A stretch of DNA of 63,313 bases, counting the filler, from Octopus bimaculoides (lineage: Eukaryota), in assembly GCF_001194135.2 (NCBI RefSeq). It is 5 parts of 5 records of this genome, joined end to end, with 100 filler letters (N's around TTAATTAATTAA, not from the genome) between each part and the next. Parts side by side here need not be neighbours in the genome. Positions count along the whole stretch, not along the records: positions 6,619 to 35,287 come from NC_068981.1; 4 more parts are not named here. One strand, given 5' to 3'. Positions 22,131 through 34,299 of this stretch are shown piece after piece. Each line of letters opens with the position of its first letter. Position 1 is the first letter of the stretch. A program made the position numbers and the translations under genes. The notes beneath the pieces are model-generated. The model was not told the DNA's origin, did not search any database, and saw only the letters and a list, made by a program, of their open reading frames with translations.

Positions 22131-23273
22131 ATACATACATACATACACACATACATAATATATCTAAGGAGAACGTATGGAGAACTAATAATGAAAATTA
22201 CAGCTCTTACATCTAAGTTATAGATTTTCATTTGTATCTATTACCACAGGTGGACTAGGTTATACAACAACACATTTGCATAAAAGCCTAGGAATGCTGG
22301 GTTGTAGAGGGTGGGAGCTGCAAAAAAGAACAACCAAAATGAAACCAAGTAAGTGGTACTGAAAAAGTTTAAAAACTTCAAATGCATTAGATGATATATG
22401 TAGATTTGAAAATGATTTGCATAGTACTTTGTCAACAAAGGGGCTATAAGTGAAAACCGAAGAGGCCGTTTCTAACAAGCCATAAAACCATGGGAAAAGA
22501 TACCGTTGATAGGGGGATACATATAAGATGGCAGGGTATTGTTGGGAGCTTATAAGAAAAAAAATCCAGATGTGATCATGCTAAACAATAAGAGAAAGCT
22601 GCTTCCTAAACAGTACACTTGGTGAAATAACCTTGCTTTTATGCCTATTTATATCTTCAAAGTTGAATCAACATGAGACGGATGGAATTTCTTGGCTGGA
22701 TGATGTGTTTCTTTGCACGAGATATATTTCTATCTACGATTACGTGTGTGATTTCGGTGATATTTGATATATTTTACCTTTTATTTATTTATTTATTTTG
22801 GTAACCGGAAAGTGAAAAGACAACTACATATGTGTAATTACTTAAATTTTCAGTTTTTACAAAATATTCTTATTTTCAGTCGTTAGATTGCATCCATGCT
22901 GGAGCAACACATTGCAAGGTTAGATGTATATGCTTATGTCACTAATATGTGCTTTTTATACTTTAGCACCATATTGCTAAAATTTGAAGATCTGTTTCTA
23001 AGCAAAAAAAAAAAAAAATCCCCTGAAGTGATGTACAAATACTAAAAGTAGATTTAAAACTTGTGCCACAAAATTAGTTATGTTGGACACTTTCATGTTA
23101 AAAAGAAAGAAAAAAAAGATAAGAAAAAAAAAAGATCAAAGACGTTTTTCAGAATGCTGCTCAGTGTAATATATATTATTTTGGCTCTACTACAAGTTTT
23201 CTGTTTTTAATTCAGGCATCTTTATTCTACTCATTTACACAAAAGTCTATAAAACAACCGGTTGTATGATTGT

Positions 23274-23569
23274 TGTTGGCACTCCATCGCTTACGACGCC
23301 GAAGGTTCCAGTTGATCCGATCAACGGAACAGCCTGCACGCGAAATTAACGTGCAAGTGGCTGAGCACTCCACATACACGTGTACCCTTAACGTAGCTCT
23401 CGGGGGATATTCAGCGTGACACAGTGTGACAAGGCTGGCCCTGATGAATTACAGGTACAACAGAAACAGGAAGTAAGAGTGAGAGAAAGTTGTGGTGAAA
23501 GAGTACAGCAGGGTTCACCACCATCCCCTGTTGGAGCCTCGTGGAGCTTTTAGGTGTTTTCGCTCAATA
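23274..23569 (-). mobile_element. SINE family B (head lost in gap)
   Basis: Near-identical to 21757-22050. Confidence 0.88.
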
Positions 23570-24104
23570 NNNNNNNNNNNNNNNNNNNNNNNNNNNNNNN
23601 NNNNNNNNNNNNNNNNNNNNNNNNNNNNNNNNNNNNNNNNNNNNNNNNNNNNNNNNNNNNNNNNNNNNNNNNNNNNNNNNNNNNNNNNNNNNNNNNNNNN
23701 NNNNNNNNNNNNNNNNNNNNNNNNNNNNNNNNNNNNNNNNNNNNNNNNNNNNNNNNNNNNNNNNNNNNNNNNNNNNNNNNNNNNNNNNNNNNNNNNNNNN
23801 NNNNNNNNNNNNNNNNNNNNNNNNNNNNNNNNNNNNNNNNNNNNNNNNNNNNNNNNNNNNNNNNNNNNNNNNNNNNNNNNNNNNNNNNNNNNNNNNNNNN
23901 NNNNNNNNNNNNNNNNNNNNNNNNNNNNNNNNNNNNNNNNNNNNNNNNNNNNNNNNNNNNNNNNNNNNNNNNNNNNNNNNNNNNNNNNNNNNNNNNNNNN
24001 NNNNNNNNNNNNNNNNNNNNNNNNNNNNNNNNNNNNNNNNNNNNNNNNNNNNNNNNNNNNNNNNNNNNNNGCCAAAATTTGAACCCACTATATATAGGTC
24101 TGGG

Positions 24105-24307
24105 AAAGCGGTGTGTTTGCAGAATCGTTCGTACGTCGGACAAAATGCATAGTGGTATTTCTTCCGGCTTTACGCTCTGAGTTCAAATTTCGCCGAGGTT
24201 GACACTGCTTTCCATCCGACTGGGTCGATGTGTCAGTTGAGCACTGGCGTTGATATAATCGATCAGCACCCCCACCCCCACAGAAATTTCAGATCTTGTG
24301 CTTATAT

Positions 24308-24308
<1 letters not shown>
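24105..24308 (+). mobile_element. SINE family C
   Basis: aaagcggtg...gcagaatcgtt...ctgagttcaaatttcgccgaggttgac...; same layout as the 16858 array units. Confidence 0.8.
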
Positions 24309-24353
<45 letters not shown>

Positions 24354-24469
24354 TGTGTGCATGCGTGTGTGTGCGCGTGTGCCTGTGTGTGTATGTGTGT
24401 GTACATGCATGCATGCATGCGTGCATACATACGTACGTACGTTTTTATGTATGTACATATGTATGTATG

Positions 24470-24870
24470 TCATTATTCAGTTTATTTCAAGATTTCTTGC
24501 CAATAGAGAAAGAGTCGATTTCTAACCTAGATCCAAGGTTCCTTCTTTGGAATCTCAGCATCAACAACAAGATATTTTTGGATGTATGTATGTATGTATG
24601 TATGTATGTATGTATATATGAATACGCACAGATTTGTATTTTTTGTTTTATGTATGTCTTCTCATGCATATACCTCCATATCTAGACATGCTCATATATA
24701 CTTAAATGATAAACCTGCAAAGTTTTACAGATTTTTATAGTTTCAGTGATGGATTGGATCTGTATTCTTCGAATCAACTTTCTCCTTTCTGGTTTTGAGA
24801 AGCCTAATTTCTTAAGATTGGTATTTAGGCAGTGTGTTACATGTCCCAAGGCCCCAATAATTACAGGTAT
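24470..24870 (-). mobile_element. RLE non-LTR retrotransposon 3' fragment embedded in (CATA)n
   Basis: The minus strand reads IPVIIGALGHVTHCLNTNLKKLGFSKPERRKLIRRIQIQSITETIKICKT. The 3' UTR is colinear with 31790-32600. CATA-type repeats lie at both junctions. Confidence 0.87.
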
Positions 24871-25210
24871 GTAAGTATGCATGTATGTAAAATTATGCTT
24901 ATTAGTCTCAAGGTTCACGAGACCTTTGATCATTGTTTTGCTCTTTGGTCACACGATTGTAATCACTGGTCTGTGATATTCTGTTTCGACTATAATTGTG
25001 TTAAATAAGTTCCCAAAATGGGTTAAGTTTCTGCATTCTGACGAAAAAAGAAAATACAGCACTTTTTCCCACTTACCTTTGCTGCAAAGGAAGGTGTCAA
25101 TTTTTTTGTTGTTTCTTAAATATCAATCTACTTTTTTCCAAAATTGTTTTATATTCTTTAGAAAAGTACCGAAGGAAAGTTAATCTCTAAGCTATTTTTC
25201 AACAACCATG

Positions 25211-25243
<33 letters not shown>

Positions 25244-25984
25244 NNNNNNNNNNNNNNNNNNNNNNNNNNNNNNNNNNNNNNNNNNNNNNNNNNNNNNNNN
25301 NNNNNNNNNNNNNNNNNNNNNNNNNNNNNNNNNNNNNNNNNNNNNNNNNNNNNNNNNNNNNNNNNNNNNNNNNNNNNNNNNNNNNNNNNNNNNNNNNNNN
25401 NNNNNNNNNNNNNNNNNNNNNNNNNNNNNNNNNNNNNNNNNNNNNNNNNNNNNNNNNNNNNNNNNNNNNNNNNNNNNNNNNNNNNNNNNNNNNNNNNNNN
25501 NNNNNNNNNNNNNNNNNNNNNNNNNNNNNNNNNNNNNNNNNNNNNNNNNNNNNNNNNNNNNNNNNNNNNNNNNNNNNNNNNNNNNNNNNNNNNNNNNNNN
25601 NNNNNNNNNNNNNNNNNNNNNNNNNNNNNNNNNNNNNNNNNNNNNNNNNNNNNNNNNNNNNCACACACACACACACACACACACGCACACATTTAAGAAC
25701 ACGCACACTGTTAATGATAATAGTGAGACAAACTGGTGGAAGCAAGATAGCATATTTTTGAAAGTGCTGTTTCAATAACAATGACATCAATAAAAGAAAC
25801 AACAACAGCAAAAAAAAAAAAACGACAACGACGACGACGACCGGAAGCACATTCGAGTGGCCTCTTAACTTCATATTCAAACTAGGATGAGCAAACTATG
25901 TGTTGAGATGAATAACAATACTTTTGAACTCCCCCATTTTTCTTCTTCATATCAGTCTGCCTTAATGCGTAAACAGACTGAATA

Positions 25985-26597
25985 ATTAGTAATGGTGTCA
26001 AATTTTAGTACGAAGCCAGCAATTTCAGGAGAGGGGTCAGTCGATCGCATCAATGCTCAACTTGTACTTATTTTATCGATCCCAAAAGGATGAAAAGTAA
26101 AGTCGACCTCGGCGCAGTTTTAATTCAGAATATAAAGACGGATGAAATACCGCTATGCATTTTGCTTGGCCTGCTAACGATTCTGCCTGAGAATGAATAA
26201 TTAATAATAGTAACTGTTTCTAAGTTCGACGCAAAATCAACAATTTTGAGAGGAGGGGGTCTTGTCGATACCATCGTACCAGTACTTCACAGGTACTTTA
26301 TTTTCTCGATCAAAAGGATACATGTTACAGTTCATCTCAGCGGTATTTGAACTTAGATCGTAAAATGACGGAAGAAATGCTGCAATTGTCAGATGTATTA
26401 ACGGTACAATTTCGGGGAACGGGATAAGTCGACTGCATCGATCCCAGTGTTCAACTAGTATTCATTTTATCGATCCAGAAAGGATGAAATGCAAAGTCAA
26501 CCCCGGTGAAATTTGAATTCAGAACGTGAAGATGGACGAAACGCCACTAAACATTTTGTCCGGTGAGCTAAAGATTCTGCCAGCTCACCACCTTAAT
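25985..26597 (-). mobile_element. Tandem array of three family C SINEs
   Basis: Three successive minus-strand units (about 25990-26190, 26215-26400, 26405-26597), each with an atttgaactc/ttcag B-box complement and ttttatcgatcc...aaaggatgaaa. Confidence 0.8.
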
Positions 26598-26604
26598 AAT
26601 AATA

Positions 26605-27236
26605 TGGCTAAGAAGGAATATATTCACAGACACGACAGAGCTGGGACCTATATACACTGGAAGCTATGCCAACACTATGGAATAACAACAGAAAAAAGAT
26701 GGTATAAACACACGCCAGAAAAGGTCACAGAAAACGAGAAAGCAACCATACTCTGGGATATGCCAATACACACAGACAGAGAAATTAAGGCCAATAGACC
26801 AGATATAGTTGCCAAAGATCATGAAGGAAAAAAATGCTTTCTAATTGATGTATCAATACCAGCAGATGACAACGTTTCCCTAAANNNNNNNNNNNNNNNN
26901 NNNNNNNNNNNNNNNNNNNNNNNNNNNNNNNNNNNNNNNNNNNNNNNNNNNNNNNNNNNNNNNNNNNNNNNNNNNNNNNNNNNNNNNNNNNNNNNNNNNN
27001 NNNNNNNNNNNNNNNNNNNNNNNNNNNNNNNNNNNNNNNNNNNNNNNNNNNNNNNNNNNNNNNNNNNNNNNNNNNNNNNNNNNNNNNNNNNNNNNNNNNN
27101 NNNNNNNNNNNNNNNNNNNNNNNNNNNNNNNNNNNNNNNNNNNNNNNNNNNNNNNNNNNNNNNNNNNNNNNNNNNNNNNNNNNNNNNNNNNNNNNNNNNN
27201 TAGTGAAGTGAAAGCATGTTATAAAAATAAAACTAT

Positions 27237-27321
<85 letters not shown>
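26605..27321 (+). mobile_element. R4/Dong-type element, 5'-truncated, (TAA)n on both sides, spanning a gap
   Basis: AKKEYIHRHDRAGTYIHWKLC...RWYKHTPEKVTENEKATILWDMPIHTDREIKANRPDIVAKD...CFLIDVSIPADDN. The 3' UTR (27201-27240) matches 12106-12150. TAA runs occur at 26594-26603 and 27241-27321. Confidence 0.9.
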
Positions 27322-27323
<2 letters not shown>

Positions 27324-27630
27324 GGATTTTTAACATTCAGATTAACAAAGGATTTTAACATTTATACTGACAGATGGGATTTTAACATTCAAACTGACAG
27401 AGTAATAAAAGCTAAAAGGCCTGATTTATTAATAGTGGGCAAAGAGAATAGAAAGTGCCAGATAATTGATTTTACCGTCCTAAACGATGAGAAAGTCAAT
27501 ATGAGAAGTATAGAGAAAACAGCAAAGTACCAGAACCTAGCCATTGAGTTACAGAGGCTATGGAATGTGCGGGTCAAATGTATCCCTGTAGTTATAGGGG
27601 CATTAAGAACTAACGCAAAGACACATACAG
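27322..27630 (+). mobile_element. RLE fragment of a second subfamily
   Basis: WDFNIQTDRVIKAKRPDLLIV...CQIIDFTV...KYQNLAIELQRLWNVRVKCIPVVIGAL; starts directly after the (TAA)n run. Confidence 0.87.
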
Positions 27631-27639
27631 AACACCAGT

Positions 27640-28403
27640 GATTATGGATGTGGAGGTGTGACTCGAAGATTGACACAGAAGCATTTATATGCGCGGCACA
27701 TGAACAAGCGTTAAGGACGAACTATAGGAAGTGTAATTGACAACACAACCGAGGGCGACAAATGCAGACTATGTGGTGAGAAGGGTGAGGCGGTATGGCG
27801 CATTGTTAGTGAATGCCTGAAACTGGCATAACGTGATTGCAAAAGACGACATGACAATATGACAAGAATGATCCAATGGGAGCTCTGTGGAAATCATGGC
27901 CTACAAAGAGCAAAGACATGGTATGACCAAATCCCAGAAGGAGTTACCGAGAATGAGGACTGCAAAATCCTGTGGGATGCAATGATTCAGTGTAACCATC
28001 AGATCAGATATCGGAAAGGTGACATTGCTGTGGTGAACAAAAAAGAAAGAAAAACCTTGCATGATAATCGACATATGTCCCGGTGAAAACAGAATCAAAG
28101 AGAAAGAAGAAAAATTGAACATCTATGACGATTTGAAGTGGGAGATACGCAGGTTGAAGGTAATGGAGAGAGTAGACGGGATACCAGTAGTAATTGGTAC
28201 GCTTGATAGTATCAGCATTCAACTACCAACATGGCCGAAAAAGATTTAAAGATAGAAAACCTACAAAAATCATTATTGCTTGGAACGGTAAGAATTCGCA
28301 GGGTTCTAAAAGCATGATCAATAAACAAGTATCACCTTAGTCTGCTGGCTGTGGACAGCTGACACAGCAAAATAAGCTGAGCGTTTTCATCAAATAATAA
28401 TAA
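27640..28403 (+). mobile_element. RLE fragment of a third subfamily (CCHC knuckle plus RLE) with short TAA tail
   Basis: TEAFICAAHEQALRTNY...DKCRLCGEKGEAVWRIVSEC...RRHDN...WELCG...TWYDQIPEGVTENEDCKILWD...IPVVIGTL...LLLGT. Frameshifted; TAA repeats at 28394-28403. Confidence 0.87.
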
Positions 28404-28920
28404 AACTAATGAAAGGATATGAAGAAGAATTACGCAACAAGGGGCTACACGACCAATTCCATGTAGCCACAACAGAAGTTGCTGGAAAAAATAGGTGGGA
28501 TTAGCTGAAGAAAGGAACTCTAAAAAAAAGAGACCGAGAGCACTATACTGGTAGCGCAAGACCAATCTGTGGCTACGAACCGGCGGGTCAACCTTAGGAA
28601 TGCGCAAGTGTCACCGCTGTGTCGCATCTGTAATAGAGTGGATGAAGCCATTGCCCATATCACGAACGAATGCCCTAGACTTGCCCAAGACCACTACAAG
28701 TTGTGGCGACACAATCAGGTAGCGAAAGTACTACATTGGAAACTGTGCGAAAAGTAGGGGTTAGAGAAAGGTAAGACGTGGTATGAACACAAACCGCAGA
28801 GAGTGACGAAGTCGGAGACTAGCAAAATCCTCTGGGATTTCCCAATCCAAACAGATCAGGTGCTAGAGCATAACAGACCGGACTTGGTGGTGGTCGACAA
28901 GATACATCACATGCGATATA
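28404..28920 (+). mobile_element. RLE fragment of a fourth subfamily (CCHC plus start of RLE), 3'-truncated
   Basis: KGLHDQF...ETESTILVAQDQSVATN...CRICNRVDEAIAHITNECPRLAQDHYKLWRHNQVAKVLHWKLCEK*...WYEHKP...ILWDFPIQTDQVLEHNRPDLVVVDK. Confidence 0.88.
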
Positions 28921-29610
28921 TAGTATCTACACCTTCTGTGAATGCCTATCATTTCTTTTCCCTCCGAGTATTCGAAAATGTAGACATCCTCTTTATTCCA
29001 AAAACACTACAGTTTTCTCTGTTCGGACAGACAAAAGATCATCTCCACTAAATTCTAAAAACTTCATATCTACAATTTTCTGTGAAAAAATTGTAACTTC
29101 CTTTTCTTTCCGTTCCTTTTTCCACGAATATTCGAAAATGTAAACATCTTTTTTATTGTAAAAAAAAAAAAAAAGCACCACAGTTTTCTCTAAACGGACA
29201 TACAAACGAACACATCAAAAAATTTGGAAACTTTAATATCTCCAATTTTGCGCGAACATTTTGTCTTCCCTTCTTCCTTGACTAACAGAACATGTAAACA
29301 TGCTTTTTATTGTAACAACACAATTAAATGCACGATAAAACATTAAGGAAGTAAGCACCTGCCAATATATACATACTTCACAACTACAAAAACTGTAAAC
29401 CACTGCAAAACTTTTAAAAAGAAAAGAAAAATGCCAAAAGAAAAAGAAAAAGAAATTCAGAAATTCAAAAATTCAAAAATCCAACAAGGTGAACATCTCT
29501 TCCTCCTACTATTCCCAAAGACTGGAATATCTACAATTTCCTGTGAATATTTTAAATTTCCTTCAAAATAAAATAAGTTAGGAAACTTATATACCTACAG
29601 CTTTCGAACA
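28921..29610. repeat. Degenerate long-period tandem repeat of unknown origin
   Basis: The motif tatctacaattttctgtgaa recurs near 28924, 29067, 29237 and 29529, and tattcgaaaatgta(g/a)acatc...acagttttctct recurs in the first two units. Confidence 0.6.
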
Positions 29611-29894
29611 CACAAACGATTAGCTTTAAAAAAAATACCCTTAATATCTACGTATATTTTCGTTTAAACATATATTTACTGGGCATCTCTGAACGAAAAT
29701 ACACGGGATAAAATGTTAAGGGGTTAACTGAAAGGGCAAAACAATAAATAAATAAATAAATAAATAAATAAATAGCGAAACAAACCGGCGCCAATACACT
29801 AAGGAGAAATGAGAACAAAAACCACTGTAAGGTAAATGCCCAATTAGAGCCAAGAACCCTGATATATACTAAATTCTTACCCATTAGTGGCCGG

Positions 29895-30190
29895 CATGCT
29901 CTGGAAACTGAGTGAGTATACTCTTACTGCTCAAGATCAGCGTCTTCAAACTAGGTATTACCATTGTAATGTTCTGAAACATGGAAACAGCTCATTGTAT
30001 CGAGCATGCGTAGAATAACCAGAGACAATCGACTACATAATCCCTGGATGCGACCGATTAGCACACCAACAGAGTACATGCAGCAACATGACGACAGCTC
30101 TATACATTCACTAGTCAATATGTCGCACATATAACTTCCTTCACAAAGAGAATTGGTGGGAATATAAATCACCACAAGTTGTCTAGAATG
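29895..30190 (+). mobile_element. Highly decayed RLE-element fragment (CCHC region)
   Basis: Pieces ETE...TAQDQRLQTRYYHCNVLKHGNSSLYRACVE*PETIDYIIPGCD...TEYMQQHD match the pre-RLE zinc-knuckle region of the neighbouring elements. Confidence 0.6.
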
Positions 30191-30424
30191 TATATGTGCA
30201 ATTCCAAGTAAAACGGGCAGCTAATTAGTATGTAAAACTATTTAAAATACTTTATAATGTTGCTGTTATCTAAATTCTAGTGATGATGCAATCAGACACT
30301 TCACAATAGGAAAAGAGAAAGCAATTGAAAAATGCATATATTTGCATATACAATGCATATACTTGAATATACACACAAATACACAGATTTATACAAATAT
30401 ACATGCACCAATAAATACATGCAT

Positions 30425-30706
30425 CAATACATACATGCATGCATGCATTCACACATATATACATACATGCATACATACATACATACATACATACATACAT
30501 GCATACATACATACATACATACATATATCCACACATACACCCACACACCCACACATGCATACATACATACATGAGTAATACATACATACATAGACTCACG
30601 CATACACATACAAACATACATTCATACACACACATATGCATACATTCATACATACATACATGCATACATACATGCATACATACATACATACATACATACA
30701 TACATA
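30425..30706. repeat. (CATA)n compound microsatellite
   Basis: Visible CATA/CATG runs. Confidence 0.95.
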
Positions 30707-32600
30707 ACTAAACTCGTGTCACAAAAAAATATTAGAGTTGAATAAAGAAAATTTGAACTTCAGAACTCTCTGCATTCAATAAAACAGTGGCCCACAATAT
30801 GTTTGCTGTGCCAGTACTCATACCAATATTCGGGCTGCTTGATTGTACGCTTGATGAAACCCGAGCCATTGATGTGGAAACCCGGAAGATACTAACCAGT
30901 ACACATAATTTCCACATCAGCAGTGACGTAGACTGCTTCTACCTACAACAAAAACAAGGCAGCAGAAGTTTAACATCGATCCAGACTGCTTTTGAACATT
31001 CTATCATATCTCTTCGGCAACATCTATTAACCACCAAGTGTTGACGTGCATCCCTTGACTAAGTTTGCATACATGCGGCCGATAACACCATAAGACTTGG
31101 AAGGCAGCTCCTTGAGCAGTATTCTTTGTCTGATAACCTTAAATACATGCTCAAAAAAGTCGCGAGCGTATATCAGAAGGCCATGAATGGCTATGTTAGT
31201 AGAAAGCTCCGAGATGATAGTAACATTGATCATCAAAGCAGTCTACCATGGACCAACAATCGGATTACTACCACCCAATTTGAAGGGTATGTGTTTGCAA
31301 TCCGGAAACAGGAAATATCAACCAAATACCTGATACACAAAAGGGACTGAGATGCAGGAAAAGCAACAAAATGTGACAACCGATGCAAACTTTGTAGAGT
31401 TAACAGCGAAGATATCACCCACATCATAAGCAATTGCCCGAAGATATCATCATTGTATTATCTACCAGACAAGATATTGTAGTTAGGACACTGTACAACA
31501 AGATCCGTCAGAAGGATAACTCCGAGGACAAAGAAATAAGAACCCACCGTATGGTGGAAGGCACAGCCACTGATAATAAAAAGAAATACTGATGGAATGT
31601 CCCAGTGAAAACTTCAATAAAATGTAAACACAATAGACCTGACATAATGATTTGGAATAGAGAAGAGAAAGTGTATAGTTGTGGAAATCAGCTGTCCAGC
31701 GGATGTTAACATAAAGCGAAAAAGAAAATATCTACGCTAAACTGTTGAGAAATTTGCAGTTGCTCTATCCAAATAACATGTTCAGGTTTATACCTTTAAT
31801 TATTGGAGCACTGGGATATGTAACACACTGCTCAAATACCAATCTTGAGAAATTAGGCTTCTCAAAACTAGAGAAAGCTGATTCGAAGGCTACAGATCCA
31901 CTCTATCACTGAAACTAAATAAAAATCTGTAAAACTTTCCAGAGGTTTATCATTCAAGCATATATGAGCATGTCTAGATATGCAAGTATATGCATGAGAA
32001 GACATATATAAAATAAAGCATACAAATCTGCACATGTACATAATTTTTTTGTTGGCTCTCCGTCGCTTACGACGTCGAAGGTTCCAGTTGATCCGATCAA
32101 CGGAACAGCCTGCTCGTGAAATTAACGTGCAAGTGGCTGAGCACTCCACAGACACGTGTATCCTTAACGTAGTTCTCGGGGATATTCAGCTGACACAATT
32201 TGACAAGGCTGACCCTTTGAATTACAGGCACAACAGAAACAGGAAGTAAGTGTGAGAGAAAGTTGTGGTGAAAGACTACAGCAGGTTTCACCACCATCCC
32301 CTGCCAGAGCCTCGTCGAGCTTTTAGGGGTTTTCGATCAATAAACACTGACAATGCCCTGTCTGGGAATCGAAACCGCGATCCTATGACCGCGAGTCCGC
32401 TGCGCTAACCACTGGGCCATTGCGCCTCCACTGTACATAATTACATACATGCATACATACATATATACATACATACATACATACATACAAAAATATCCTG
32501 TTGATGTTGTTGAAACTCCAATGAAGGAGCCTTGGATCTAAGTTAGGAATCGGCTCTTTCTCCATTGGCATGAAATCATGAAATAAAACTGAATAATGAC
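30707..32600 (+). mobile_element. RLE non-LTR retrotransposon, 5'-truncated (RT thumb, CCHC, RLE, 3' UTR), embedded in (CATA)n and interrupted by a SINE
   Basis: KI*TSELSAFNKTVAHNMFAVPVL...IDVETRKILT...HISSDVDCFY..., FEGYVFAIRKQEISTKY, CKLCRVNSEDITHIISNCP, KHNRPDIMIW...VEISCPADVN, IPLIIGALG. It begins right after (CATA)n at 30706 and ends aataatga-CATA near 32600. Confidence 0.9.
32051..32431 (-). mobile_element. SINE family B inserted in the 3' UTR of the CATA-type RLE element
   Basis: Full-length copy. The sequences on either side rejoin into the uninterrupted 3' UTR seen at 24470-24700. Confidence 0.88.
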
Positions 32601-33153
32601 ATACATTCATACATGCATTCATACATGCATGCATGCATACCCACTACATGAGTGTACGTTGATTCTCACGCTCGCTTACATATGTGCACACATTTATATA
32701 ACCATAGACCTCAACAACTGTCTCGGCTTAAACAAAATAGACTTGTCACTTTATTAACGACCGGTTTGAATTCGGCAAAGAAAAAAGAAAAAACTAAAAT
32801 AAATCCCGAAGAAATATATGCATATAATAAGTAAATACATGCTAACATAAATCTATACTGTAATTCTCTATTGCTCTGGGAACAATAACGTTATCAAACA
32901 TTACATATTCATGTATCAAATTTAAGATGGCCGTTCGTTACTTTCCACTCGTTTAATTTGAAGCTTTATGGCATATTCAGTTGTCAACCTTGTCACAGAA
33001 TAATGGAATTAATTACCAAGGTGGACATGTCATAACATAGTTGACTTAGCTAATAAGTATGTAGCAACAGAGAATAGGTTTGGTTATAAGATACACCCCA
33101 CCCAGTCTTAATGAATGGCACGAAGGAAAGAGAAGGAGAGAGAGGGAGAGAAC

Positions 33154-33198
<45 letters not shown>

Positions 33199-34299
33199 CG
33201 TGGCTGACAGAGAAAGTAAGAGATGGAGAGATGGGGTCACGAGCGAAACCGCAAGAGAAAGCAAGAATGGCTTGGTTTAGAGAGATAAATAAAAGAGAAT
33301 ATGATAAAAAAAATAATAAACACACACGGAGAGTGAAAACAATACATTAAAGTAGTGGAAATGAGAAAGCAGGCATGGAGGAAAAACTGAAAAACAGAGA
33401 CAGGCTGCTCAACCAATGAAATATTTGTGAAGTTGAAATCTGAAGGGCGTTACAAAAAGCGTTAGACTTCTAGTCTTCTTCACAGCATAAAATTTATTGT
33501 ACTGTTTTGAACTATTTGTATTACTATGTGACGGCACAACAGAACATCACTATTTGCTTCCGATTCTACTGTTTTACTATTTAATCTACGAGAGTTTTTA
33601 TACGACAGAAGTTGAAACATTGAGTTTGATGAAACCAACTGGATTGATTAATAGCGACAATATCTTCAATAGTAAGGTAATCTTTACGGATTATGTAAAG
33701 TTCTCTCTCTCCGTTTGTATATATCATGTATACAATTTGGTAATTTAATATACATATACATACACGCATATATATATATAACTTGCTTTTTTCCGTTTCC
33801 TATCTTCTCATCTCTCAATCTTTGTGTGTATATGTCTGAGTTTGTGGGCGGGGGTGGGGCGTGTGCGTGTGCACGATTGTGTGTCTACATGTGTGCGTGC
33901 ATATGTGCGCGTACACATGTGTATGTGTGTAAAAATGTTAATTTGAAAACATTTTCCCCCTCGTAGACTGGAAATAAAAGCTAAGCGGTGCATGTTAGTA
34001 ACTCTCAAGGACAAGGTAAGATAATTTCACGAAATTAAGTATAAATTTCTCATCTTCATTTACATGTCAGGGAAGGGACACTGATTTTTGTTGCAGTTAG
34101 GGGTCAACTATGTACGTATGTTTCAGCATTTTGATCTTATCAGCATAGCACAGTCTCACCTTGTTTGCAGATTAGAATTTAAATCTTTTACATCCATAAA
34201 AGAATTAGGTATACTTTTGGTGAGGGCCATAGTTTCATGTAAAAGAACTCAAGTGAAAAGGTTAAAAAAGTGGAAAAAAAAACGTAAGGTGGGGCACCA

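Noticed and set aside
26526-26604. N-terminal part of the 26526 ORF (MKMDETPLNILSGELKILPAHHLNNN)
   Set aside because: It is the antisense of a SINE head plus a TAA run, fortuitously in frame with the truncated RLE; it is not a real fusion protein start.
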